Below are positions 1 to 12,289 of a stretch of 64,000 nucleotides of DNA, in pieces. Source of the stretch: Auanema rhodensis (Eukaryota > Animalia > Nematoda); the NCBI GenBank assembly GCA_964057225.1, contig OZ059897.1, positions 19,592,001-19,656,000 on the forward strand. Direction: 5' to 3'. The notes beneath the pieces are model-generated. The model was not told where the DNA came from, made no database searches, and saw nothing but the letters and a program-made list of their open reading frames with translations. The position numbers and the translations under genes were made by a program. Numbering within the stretch: the stretch's first letter is position 1; the number at the start of each line of letters is the position of its first letter.

Positions 1-12
1 TTTGACAAAAAT

Positions 13-24
13 TTTTTCGAAAAA
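13..24. repeat. 12-bp palindrome TTTTTCGAAAAA at the centre of an A/T-tract quasi-palindrome
   Basis: Self-complementary 12-mer overlapped by direct repeats AAAAATTT (7-14, 20-27). Outer arms AAAAACAT (monomer 344-351) and ATGTTTTT (monomer 51-58) are complementary across the monomer junction. Confidence 0.9.
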
Positions 25-135
25 TTTCAAAATAATTTACCAAAAAGTAGATGTTTTTAGATTCCATTTTTCAAGGCAAAGACGATAGACAATGTTATTC
101 AACGAAAAAGTTAATTCTTCAGGGTGAAAATCGAG

Positions 136-157
136 GATATAAGTGTGAACTTATATC
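136..157. repeat. Perfect 9-bp inverted repeat with 4-nt loop (in nearly every monomer)
   Basis: GATATAAGT-GTGA-ACTTATATC: 136-144 is the exact reverse complement of 149-157. Confidence 0.95.
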
Positions 158-167
158 AGTTGATATC

Positions 168-234
168 TCGGTGCATTTTTAAGCTAGCGCAAATCTGATA
201 ACACAGATCTACGCAGCTTAAAAATCCGCATCGA
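168..234. repeat. Long imperfect inverted repeat / potential hairpin or cruciform (in every monomer)
   Basis: ATTTTTAAGCT (175-185) pairs perfectly with AGCTTAAAAAT (215-225). Inside: GCG/CGC (187-189/212-214) and ATCTG/CAGAT (193-197/204-208) around loop ATAACA. Outside: TCGGTGC/GCATCGA (168-174/228-234) with one G-T pair. Confidence 0.9.
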
Positions 235-308
235 ATGCACTATATTACATTGAGAAACACTTGATACAAAAATTAGTTATGATCGTTTGAAAAATGATGC
301 ATTAGTGT

Positions 309-336
309 ATGTTGAGTTTCCATGTACACTCAACAT
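309..336. repeat. Perfect 9-bp inverted repeat with 10-nt spacer (in nearly every monomer)
   Basis: ATGTTGAGT (309-317) and ACTCAACAT (328-336) are exact reverse complements. Confidence 0.93.
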
Positions 337-1755
337 TGCTTCCAAAAACATTTTGACAAAAATTTTTTCGAAAAATTTCAAAATAATTTAGCAAAAAGTA
401 AATGTTTTAAGATTCCATTTTTCGAAGCAAAGACGATGGACAATGTTATTCAACGAAAAAATTAATTCTTCAGGGTGAAAATCGAGGATATAAGTGTGAA
501 CTTATATCAGTTGATATCTCGGTGCATTTTTAAGCTAGCGCAAATCTGATAACACAGATCGACGCAGCTTAAAAATCCGCATCGAATGCACTATATTACA
601 TTGAGAAACACTTGATACAAAAATTAGTTATGATCGTTTGAAAAATGATGCATTAGTGTATGTTGAGTTTCCATGTACACTCAACATTGCTTCCAAAAAC
701 ATTTTGACAAAAATTTTTTCGAAAAATTTCAAAATAATTTAGCAAAAAGTAGATGTTTTAAGATTCCATTTTTCAAGGCAAAGACGATGGACAATGTTAT
801 TCAACGAAAAAATTAATTCTTCAGGGTGAAAATCGAGGATATAAGTGTGAACTTATATCAGTTGATATCTCGGTGCATTTTTAAGCTAGCGCAAATCTGA
901 TAACACAGATCGACGCAGCTTAAAAATCCGCATCGAATGCACTATACTACATTGAGAAACGCTTAATACAAAAATTAGTTATGATCGTTTGAAAAATGAT
1001 GCATTAGTGTATGTTGAGTTTCCATGTACACTCAACATTGCTTCCAAAAACATTTTGACAAAAATTTTTTCGAAAAATTTCAAAATAATTAAGCAAAAAG
1101 TAGATGTTTTTAGATTCCATTTTTCAAGGCAAAGACGATAGACAATGTTATTCAACGAAAAAGTTAATTCTTCAGGGTGAAAATCGAGGATATAAGTGTG
1201 AACTTATATCAGTTGATATCTCGGTGCATTTTTAAGCTAGCGCAAATCTGATAACACAGATCTACGCAGCTTAAAAATCCGCATCGAATGCACTATATTA
1301 CATTGAGAAACACTTGATACAAAAATTAGTTATGATCGTTTGAAAAATGATGCATTAGTGTATGTTGAGTTTCCATGTACACTCAACATTGCTTCCAAAA
1401 ACATTTTGACAAAAATTTTTTCGAAAAATTTCAAAATAATTTAGCAAAAAGTAAATGTTTTAAGATTCCATTTTTCAAGGCAAAGACGATGGACAATGTT
1501 ATTCAACGAAAAAATTAATTCTTCAGGGTGAAAATCGAGGATATAAGTGTGAACTTATATCAGTTGATATCTCGGTGCATTTTTAAGCTAGCGCAAATCT
1601 GATAACACAGATCGACGCAGCTTAAAAATCCGCATCGAATGCACTATACTACATTGAGAAAAGCTTAATACAAAAATTAGTTATGATCGTTTGAAAAATG
1701 ATGCATTAGTGTATGTTGAGTTTCCATGTACACTCAACATTGCTTCCAAAAACAT

Positions 1756-4700
1756 TTTGATAAAAATTTTTTCGAAAAATTTCAAAATTATTTAGCAAAA
1801 AGTAGATGTTTTTAGATTCCTTTTTTCAAGGCAAAGACGATGGACAATGTTATTCAACGAAAAAAATTATTTCTTCAGGGTGAAAATCGAGGATATAAGT
1901 GTGAACTTATATCAGTTGATATCTCGGTGCATTTTTAAGCTAGCGCAAATCTGATAACACAGATCGACGCAGCTTAAAAATCCGCATCGAATGCACTATA
2001 TTACATTGAGAAACACTTGATACAAAAATTAGTTATGATCGTTTGAAAAATGATGCATTAGTGTATGTTGAGTTTCCATGTACACTCAACATTGCTTCCA
2101 AAAACATTTTGACAAAAATTTTTTCGAAAAATTTCAAAATAATTTAGCAAAAAGTAGATGTTTTAAGATTCCATTTTTCAAGGCAAAGACGATGGACAAT
2201 GTTATTCAACGAAAAAATTAATTCTTCAGGGTGAAAATCGAGGATATAAGTGTGAACTTATATCAGTTGATATCTCGGTGCATTTTTAAGCTAGCGCAAA
2301 TCTGATAACACAGATCGACGCAGCTTAAAAATCCGCATCGAATGCACTATACTACATTAAGAAACGCTTGATACAAAAATTAGTTATGATCGTTTGAAAA
2401 ATGATGCATTAGTGTATGTTGAGTTTCCATGTACACTCAACATTGCTTCCAAAAACATTTTGACAAAAATTTTTTCGAAAAATTTCAAAATAATTTAGCA
2501 AAAAGTAGATGTTTTTAGATTCCTTTTTTCAAGGCAAAGACGATGGACAATGTTATTCAACGAAAAAATTAATTCTTCAGGGTGAAAATCGAGGATATAA
2601 GTGTGAACTTATATCAGTTGATATCTCGGTGCATTTTTAAGCTAGCGCAAATCTGAAAACACAGATCGACGCAGCTTAAAAATCCGCATCGAATGCACTA
2701 TACTACATTGAGAAAAACTTAATACAAAAATTAGTTATGATCGTTTGAAAAATGATGCATTAGTGTATGTTGAGTTTCCATGTACACTCAACATTGCTTC
2801 CAAAAACATTTTGACAAAAATTTTTTCGAAAAATTTCAAAATAATTTAGCAAAAAGTAGATGTTTTTAGATTCCATTTTTCAAGGCAAAGACGATGGACA
2901 ATGTTATTCAACGAAAAAATTGATTCTTCAGGGTGAAAATCGAGGATATAAGTGTGAACTTATATCAGTTGATATCTCGGTGCATTTTTAAGCTAGCGCA
3001 AATCTGATAACACAGATCGACGCAGCTCAAAAATCCGCATCGAATGCACTATACTACATTGAGAAAAGCTTAATACAAAAATTAGTTATGATCGTTTGAA
3101 AAATGATGCATTAGTGTATGTTGAGTTTCCATGTACACTCAACATTGCTTCCAAAAACATTTTGATAAAAATTTTTTCGAAAAATTTCAAAATTATTTAG
3201 CAAAAAGTAGATGTTTTTAGATTCCTTTTTTCAAGGCAAAGACGATGGACAATGTTATTCAACGAAAAAAATTATTTCTTCAGGGTGAAAATCGAGGATA
3301 TAAGTGTGAACTTATATCAGTTGATATCTCGGTGCATTTTTAAGCTAGCGCAAATCTGATAACACAGATCGACGCAGCTTAAAAATCCGCATCGAATGCA
3401 CTATATTACATTGAGAAACACTTGATACAAAAATTAGTTATGATCGTTTGAAAAATGATGCATTAGTGTATGTTGAGTTTCCATGTACACTCAACATTGC
3501 TTCCAAAAACATTTTGACAAAAATTTTTTCGAAAAATTTCAAAATAATTTAGCAAAAAGTAGATGTTTTAAGATTCCATTTTTCAAGGCAAAGACGATGG
3601 ACAATGTTATTCAACGAAAAAATTAATTCTTCAGGGTGAAAATCGAGGATATAAGTGTGAACTTATATCAGTTGATATCTCGGTGCATTTTTAAGCTAGC
3701 GCAAATCTGATAACACAGATCGACGCAGCTTAAAAATCCGGATCGAATGCACTATACTACATTAAGAAACGCTTGATACAAAAATTAGTTATGATCGTTT
3801 GAAAAATGATGCATTAGTGTATGTTGAGTTTCCATGTACACTCAACATTGCTTCCAAAAACATTTTGATAAAAATTTTTTCGAAAAATTTCAAAATTATT
3901 TAGCAAAAAGTAGATGTTTTTAGATTCCTTTTTTCAAGGCAAAGACGATGGACAATGTTATTCAACGAAAAAAATTATTTCTTCAGGGTGAAAATCGAGG
4001 ATATAAGTGTGAACTTATATCAGTTGATATCTCGGTGCATTTTTAAGCTAGCGCAAATCTGATAACACAGATCGACGCAGCTTAAAAATCCGCATCGAAT
4101 GCACTATATTACATTGAGAAACACTTGATACAAAAATTAGTTATGATCGTTTGAAAAATGATGCATTAGTGTATGTTGAGTTTCCATGTACACTCAACAT
4201 TGCTTCCAAAAACATTTTGACAAAAATTTTTTCGAAAAATTTCAAAATAATTTAGCAAAAAGTAGATGTTTTAAGATTCCATTTTTCAAGGCAAAGACGA
4301 TGGACAATGTTATTCAACGAAAAAATTAATTCTTCAGGGTGAAAATCGAGGATATAAGTGTGAACTTATATCAGTTGATATCTCGGTGCATTTTTAAGCT
4401 AGCGCAAATCTGATAACACAGATCGACGCAGCTTAAAAATCCGCATCGAATGCACTATACTACATTAAGAAACGCTTGATACAAAAATTAGTTATGATCG
4501 TTTGAAAAATGATGCATTAGTGTATGTTGAGTTTCCATGTACACTCAACATTGCTTCCAAAAACATTTTGACAAAAATTTTTTCGAAAAATTTCAAAATA
4601 ATTTAGCAAAAAGTAGATGTTTTTAGATTCCTTTTTTCAAGGCAAAGACGATGGACAATGTTATTCAACGAAAAAATTAATTCTTCAGGGTGAAAATCGA

Positions 4701-6673
4701 GGATATAAGTGTGAACTTATATCAGTTGATATCTCGGTGCATTTTTAAGCTAGCGCAAATCTGAAAACACAGATCGACGCAGCTTAAAAATCCGCATCGA
4801 ATGCACTATACTACATTGAGAAAAACTTAATACAAAAATTAGTTATGATCGTTTGAAAAATGATGCATTAGTGTATGTTGAGTTTCCATGTACACTCAAC
4901 ATTGCTTCCAAAAACATTTTGACAAAAATTTTTTCGAAAAATTTCAAAATAATTTAGCAAAAAGTAGATGTTTTTAGATTCCATTTTTCAAGGCAAAGAC
5001 GATGGACAATGTTATTCAACGAAAAAATTGATTCTTCAGGGTGAAAATCGAGGATATAAGTGTGAACTTATATCAGTTGATATCTCGGTGCATTTTTAAG
5101 CTAGCGCAAATCTGATAACACAGATCGACGCAGCTTAAAAATCCGCATCGAATGCACTATACTACATTGAGAAAAGCTTAATACAAAAATTAGTTATGAT
5201 CGTTTGAAAAATGATGCATTAGTGTATGTTGAGTTTCCATGTACACTCAACATTGCTTCCAAAAACATTTTGATAAAAATTTTTTCGAAAAATTTCAAAA
5301 TTATTTAGCAAAAAGTAGATGTTTTTAGATTCCTTTTTTCAAGGCAAAGACGATGGACAATGTTATTCAACGAAAAAAATTATTTCTTCAGGGTGAAAAT
5401 CGAGGATATAAGTGTGAACTTATATCAGTTGATATCTCGGTGCATTTTTAAGCTAGCGCAAATCTGATAACACAGATCGACGCAGCTTAAAAATCCGCAT
5501 CGAATGCACTATATTACATTGAGAAACACTTGATACAAAAATTAGTTATGATCGTTTGAAAAATGATGCATTAGTGTATGTTGAGTTTCCATGTACACTC
5601 AACATTGCTTCCAAAAACATTTTGACAAAAATTTTTTCGAAAAATTTCAAAATAATTTAGCAAAAAGTAGATGTTTTAAGATTCCATTTTTCAAGGCAAA
5701 GACGATGGACAATGTTATTCAACGAAAAAATTAATTCTTCAGGGTGAAAATCGAGGATATAAGTGTGAACTTATATCAGTTGATATCTCGGTGCATTTTT
5801 AAGCTAGCGCAAATCTGATAACACAGATCGACGCAGCTTAAAAATCCGCATCGAATGCACTATACTACATTAAGAAACGCTTGATACAAAAATTAGTTAT
5901 GATCGTTTGAAAAATGATGCATTAGTGTATGTTGAGTTTCCATGTACACTCAACATTGCTTCCAAAAACATTTTGACAAAAATTTTTTCGAAAAATTTCA
6001 AAATAATTTAGCAAAAAGTAGATGTTTTTAGATTCCTTTTTTCAAGGCAAAGACGATGGACAATGTTATTCAACGAAAAAATTAATTCTTCAGGGTGAAA
6101 ATCGAGGATATAAGTGTGAACTTATATCAGTTGATATCTCGGTGCATTTTTAAGCTAGCGCAAATCTGAAAACACAGATCGACGCAGCTTAAAAATCCGC
6201 ATCGAATGCACTATACTACACTGAGAAAAACTTAATACAAAAATTAGTTATGATCGTTTGAAAAATGATGCATTAGTGTATGTTGAGTTTCCATGTACAC
6301 TCAACATTGCTTCCAAAAACATTTTGACAAAAATTTTTTCGAAAAATTTCAAAATAATTTAGCAAAAAGTAGATGTTTTTAGATTCCATTTTTCAAGGCA
6401 AAGACGATGGACAATGTTATTCAACGAAAAAATTGATTCTTCAGGGTGAAAATCGAGGATATAAGTGTGAACTTGTATCAGTTGATATCTCGGTGCATTT
6501 TTAAGCTAGCGCAAATCTGATAACACAGATCGACGCAGCTTAAAAATCCGCATCGAATGCACTATACTACATTGAGAAAAGCTTAATACAAAAATTAGTT
6601 ATGATCGTTTGAAAAATGATGCATTAGTGTATGTTGAGTTTCCATGTACACTCAACATTGCTTCCAAAAACAT
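1756..6673. repeat. Local 4-monomer higher-order repeat (1405 bp), arrangement ABCD-AB-ABCD-ABCD
   Basis: 352-bp A monomer (TTTGAT, AAATTATTT, A7 run) starts at 1756, 3161, 3864, 5269. C monomer carries CTGAAAAC; D monomer carries AATTGATTC. Confidence 0.88.
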
Positions 6674-8077
6674 TTTGACAAAAATTTTTTCGAAAAATTT
6701 CAAAATAATTTAGCAAAAAGTAGATGTTTTAAGATTCCATTTTTCAAGGCAAAGACGATGGACAATGTTATTCAACGAAAAAATTAATTCTTCAGGGTGA
6801 AAATCGAGGATATAAGTGTGAACTTATATCAGTTGATATCTCGGTGCATTTTTAAGCTAGCGCAAATCTGATAACACAGATCGACGCAGCTTAAAAATCC
6901 GCATCGAATGCACTATACTACATTGAGAAACGCTTAATACAAAAATTAGTTATGATCGTTTGAAAAATGATGCATTAGTGTATGTTGAGTTTCCATGTAC
7001 ACTCAACATTGCTTCCAAAAACATTTTGACAAAAATTTTTTCGAAAAATTTCAAAATAATTTAGCAAAAAGTAGATGTTTTTAGATTCCATTTTTCAAGG
7101 CAAAGACGATAGACAATGTTATTCAACGAAAAAATTAATTCTTCAGGGTGAAAATCGAGGATATAAGTGTGAACTTATATCAGTTGATATCTCGGTGCAT
7201 TTTTAAGCTAGCGCAAATCTGATAACACAGATCGACGCAGCTTAAAAATCCGCATCGAATGCACTATACTACATTGAGAAACGCTTAATACAAAAATTAG
7301 TTATGATCGTTTGAAAAATGATGCATTAGTGTATGTTGAGTTTCCATGTACACTCAACATTGCTTCCAAAAACATTTTGACAAAAATTTTTTCGAAAAAT
7401 TTCAAAATAATTTACCAAAAAGTAGATGTTTTTAGATTCCATTTTTCAAGGCAAAGACGATAGACAATGTTATTCAACGAAAAAGTTAATTCTTCAGGGT
7501 GAAAATCGAGGATATAAGTGTGAACTTATATCAGTTGATATCTCGGTGCATTTTTAAGCTAGCGCAAATCTGATAACACAGATCTACGCAGCTTAAAAAT
7601 CCGCATCGAATGCACTATATTACATTGAGAAACACTTGATACAAAAATTAGTTATGATCGTTTGAAAAATGATGCATTAGTGTATGTTGAGTTTCCATGT
7701 ACACTCAACATTGCTTCCAAAAACATTTTGACAAAAATTTTTTCGAAAAATTTCAAAATAATTTAGCAAAAAGTAAATGTTTTAAGATTCCATTTTTCAA
7801 GGCAAAGACGATGGACAATGTTATTCAACGAAAAAATTAATTCTTCAGGGTGAAAATCGAGGATATAAGTGTGAACTTATATCAGTTGATATCTCGGTGC
7901 ATTTTTAAGCTAGCGCAAATCTGATAACACAGATCGACGCAGCTTAAAAATCCGGATCGAATGCACTATACTACATTGAGAAACGCTTAATACAAAAATT
8001 AGTTATGATCGTTTGAAAAATGATGCATTAGTGTATGTTGAGTTTCCATGTACACTCAACATTGCTTCCAAAAACAT

Positions 8078-11000
8078 TTTGACAAAAATTTTTTCGAAAA
8101 ATTTCAAAATAATTTAGCAAAAAGTAGATGTTTTTAGATTCCATTTTTCAAGGCAAAGACGATACACAATGTTATTCAACGAAAAAGTTAATTCTTCAGG
8201 GTGAAAATCGAGGATATAAGTGTGAACTTATATCAGTTGATATCTCGGTGCATTTTTAAGCTAGCGCAAATCTGATAACACAGATCGACGCAGCTTAAAA
8301 ATCCGCATCGAATGCACTATACTACATTGAAAAACGCTTAATACAAAAATTAGTTATGATCGTTTGAAAAATGATGCATTAGTGTATGTTGAGTTTCCAT
8401 GTACACTCAACATTGCTTCCAAAAACATTTTGACAAAAATTTTTTCGAAAAATTTCAAAATAATTTAGCAAAAAGTAGATGTTTTTAGATTCGATTTTTC
8501 AAGGCAAAGACGATGGACAATGTTATTCAACGAAAAAATTAATTCTTCAGGGTGAAAATCGAGGATATAAGTGTGAACTTATATCAGTTGATATCTCGGT
8601 GCATTTTTAAGCTAGCGCAAATCTGATAACACAGATCGACGCAGCTTAAAAATCCGCATCGAATGCACTATACTACATTGAGAAAAGCTTAATACAAAAA
8701 TTAGTTATGATCGTTTGAAAAATGATGCATTAGTGTATGTTGAGTTTCCATGTACACTCAACATTGCTTCCAAAAACATTTTGACAAAAATTTTTTCGAA
8801 AAATTTCAAAATAATTTAGCAAAAAGTAGATGTTTTTAGATTCCTTTTTTCAAGGCAAAGACGATGGACAATGTTATTCAACGAAAAAATTATTTCTTCA
8901 GGGTGAAAATCGAGGATATAAGTGTGAACTTATATCAGTTGATATCTCGGTGCATTTTTAAGCTAGCGCAAATCTGATAACACAGATCGACGCAGCTTAA
9001 AAATCCGCATCGAATGCACTATACTACATTGAAAAACGCTCGATACAAAAATTAGTTATGATCGTTTGAAAAATGATGCATTAGTGTATGTTGAGTTTCC
9101 ATGTACACTCAACATTGCTTCCAAAAACATTTTGACAAAAATTTTTTCGAAAAATTTCAAAATAATTTAGCAAAAAGTAGATGTTTTTAGATTCCTTTTT
9201 TCAAGGCAAAGACGATGGACAATGTTATTCAACGAAAAAATTATTTCTTCAGGGTGAAAATCGAGGATATAAGAGTGAACTTATATCAGTTGATATCTCG
9301 GTGCATTTTTAAGCTAGCGCAAATCTGATAACACAGATCGACGCAGCTTAAAAATCCGCATCGAATGCACTATACTACATTGAGAAACGCTTAATACAAA
9401 AATTAGTTATGATCGTTTGAAAAATGATGCATTAGTGTATGTTGAGTTTCCATGTACACTCAACATTGCTTCCAAAAACATTTTGACAAAAATTTTTTCG
9501 AAAAATTTCAAAATAATTTAGCAAAAAGTAGATGTTTTTAGATTCCTTTTTTCAAGGCAAAGACGATGGACAATGTTATTCAACGAAAAAATTATTTCTT
9601 CAGGGTGAAAATCGAGGATATAAGAGTGAACTTATATCAGTTGATATCTCGGTGCATTTTTAAGCTAGCGCAAATCTGATAACACAGATCGACGCAGCTT
9701 AAAAATCCGCATCGAATGCACTATACTACATTGAGAAACGCTTAATACAAAAATTAGTTATGATCGTTTGAAAAATGATGCATTAGTGTATGTTGAGTTT
9801 CCATGTACACTCAACATTGCTTCCAAAAACATTTTGACAAAAATTTTTTCGAAAAATTTCAAAATAATTTAGCAAAAAGTAGATGTTTTTAGATTCCTTT
9901 TTTCAAGGCAAAGACGATGGACAATGTTATTCAACGAAAAAATTATTTCTTCAGGGTGAAAATCGAGGATATAAGTGTGAACTTATATCAGTTGATATCT
10001 CGGTGCATTTTTAAGCTAGCGCAAATCTGATAACACAGATCGACGCAGCTTAAAAATCCGCATCGAATGCACTATACTACATTGAGAAACGCTTAATACA
10101 AAAATTAGTTATGATCGTTTGAAAAATGATGCATTAGTGTATGTTGAGTTTCCATGTACACTCAACATTGCTTCCAAAAACATTTTGACAAAAATTTTTT
10201 CGAAAAATTTCAAAATAATTTAGCAAAAAGTAGATGTTTTTAGATTCCATTTTTCAAGGCAAAGACGATACACAATGTTATTCAACGAAAAAGTTAATTC
10301 TTCAGGGTGAAAATCGAGGATATAAGTGTGAACTTATATCAGTTGATATCTCGGTGCATTTTTAAGCTAGCGCAAATCTGATAACACAGATCGACGCAGC
10401 TTAAAAATCCGCATCGAATGCACTATACTACATTGAAAAACGCTTAATACAAAAATTAGTTATGATCGTTTGAAAAATGATGCATTAGTGTATGTTGAGT
10501 TTCCATGTACACTCAACATTGCTTCCAAAAACATTTTGACAAAAATTTTTTCGAAAAATTTCAAAATAATTTAGCAAAAAGTAGATGTTTTTAGATTCGA
10601 TTTTTCAAGGCAAAGACGATGGACAATGTTATTCAACGAAAAAATTAATTCTTCAGGGTGAAAATCGAGGATATAAGTGTGAACTTATATCAGTTGATAT
10701 CTCGGTGCATTTTTAAGCTAGCGCAAATCTGATAACACAGATCGACGCAGCTTAAAAATCCGCATCGAATGCACTATACTACATTGAGAAAAGCTTAATA
10801 CAAAAATTAGTTATGATCGTTTGAAAAATGATGCATTAGTGTATGTTGAGTTTCCATGTACACTCAACATTGCTTCCAAAAACATTTTGACAAAAATTTT
10901 TTCGAAAAATTTCAAAATAATTTAGCAAAAAGTAGATGTTTTTAGATTCCTTTTTTCAAGGCAAAGACGATGGACAATGTTATTCAACGAAAAAATTATT

Positions 11001-12289
11001 TCTTCAGGGTGAAAATCGAGGATATAAGTGTGAACTTATATCAGTTGATATCTCGGTGCATTTTTAAGCTAGCGCAAATCTGATAACACAGATCGACGCA
11101 GCTTAAAAATCCGCATCGAATGCACTATACTACATTGAAAAACGCTCGATACAAAAATTAGTTATGATCGTTTGAAAAATGATGCATTAGTGTATGTTGA
11201 GTTTCCATGTACACTCAACATTGCTTCCAAAAACATTTTGACAAAAATTTTTTCGAAAAATTTCAAAATAATTTAGCAAAAAGTAGATGTTTTTAGATTC
11301 CTTTTTTCAAGGCAAAGACGATGGACAATGTTATTCAACGAAAAAATTATTTCTTCAGGGTGAAAATCGAGGATATAAGAGTGAACTTATATCAGTTGAT
11401 ATCTCGGTGCATTTTTAAGCTAGCGCAAATCTGATAACACAGATCGACGCAGCTTAAAAATCCGCATCGAATGCACTATACTACATTGAGAAACGCTTAA
11501 TACAGAAATTAGTTATGATCGTTTGAAAAATGATGCATTAGTGTATGTTGAGTTTCCATGTACACTCAACATTGCTTCCAAAAACATTTTGACAAAAATT
11601 TTTTCGAAAAATTTCAAAATAATTTAGCAAAAAGTAGATGTTTTTAGATTCCTTTTTTCAAGGCAAAGACGATGGACAATGTTATTCAACGAAAAAATTA
11701 TTTCTTCAGGGTGAAAATCGAGGATATAAGTGTGAACTTATATCAGTTGATATCTCGGTGCATTTTTAAGCTAGCGCAAATCTGATAACACAGATCGACG
11801 CAGCTTAAAAATCCGCATCGAATGCACTATACTACATTGAAAAACGCTTGATACAAAAATTAGTTATGATCGTTTGAAAAATGATGCATTAGTGTATGTT
11901 GAGTTTCCATGTACACTCAACATTGCTTCCAAAAACATTTTGACAAAAATTTTTTCGAAAAATTTCAAAATAATTTAGCAAAAAGTAGATGTTTTTAGAT
12001 TCCTTTTTTCAAGGCAAAGACGATGGACAATGTTATTCAACGAAAAAATTATTTCTTCAGGGTGAAAATCGAGGATATAAGAGTGAACTTATATCAGTTG
12101 ATATCTCGGTGCATTTTTAAGCTAGCGCAAATCTGATAACACAGATCGACGCAGCTTAAAAATCCGCATCGAATGCACTATACTACATTAAGAAACGCTT
12201 GATACAAAAATTAGTTATGATCGTTTGAAAAATGATGCATTAGTGTATGTTGAGTTTCCATGTACACTCAACATTGCTTCCAAAAACAT
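8078..12289. repeat. Tandem duplication of a 6-monomer block (2106 bp)
   Basis: Private variants GATACACAAT at 8161 and 10267 and CGCTCGATA at 9037 and 11143, each pair 2106 bp apart. Last monomers match less well. Confidence 0.82.

Larger units (their letters stand above)
1..351. repeat. Reference monomer (arbitrary phase), ~31% GC, rich in A/T tracts and dyad symmetries
   Basis: Period measured from 1 to 352. About 110 G+C in the 351-bp consensus. Single NheI (GCTAGC 183-188), EcoRV (GATATC 162-167) and NsiI (ATGCAT 297-302) sites per consensus monomer. Confidence 0.97.

Noticed and set aside
91-107. CENP-B box-like motif (minus strand TTTCGTTGAATAACATT)
   Set aside because: Matches only the TTCG....A half; the essential CGGG is absent.
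60-135. Hammerhead ribozyme on the minus strand (CTGAAGA fits CUGANGA; hammerheads are known in some satellites)
   Set aside because: I could not build stem II before a GAAA, nor stems I and III. The plus-strand CTGATAA lacks the conserved G8. An Infernal search with Rfam hammerhead models would settle it.
168-234. tRNA, rho-independent terminator or pre-miRNA call for the hairpins
   Set aside because: No cloverleaf or A/B boxes, no gene upstream to terminate, and no expression evidence.
1-351. Monomer as an ancient dimer of ~175-bp subunits
   Set aside because: No convincing alignment between the halves by eye, only short AT-rich similarities.
1-351. Assignment to a named satellite family (e.g. 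Drosophila 359-bp/1.688 or beetle ~350-360-bp satellites)
   Set aside because: Only length and AT content are similar; I do not recognise sequence identity and cannot run a search.
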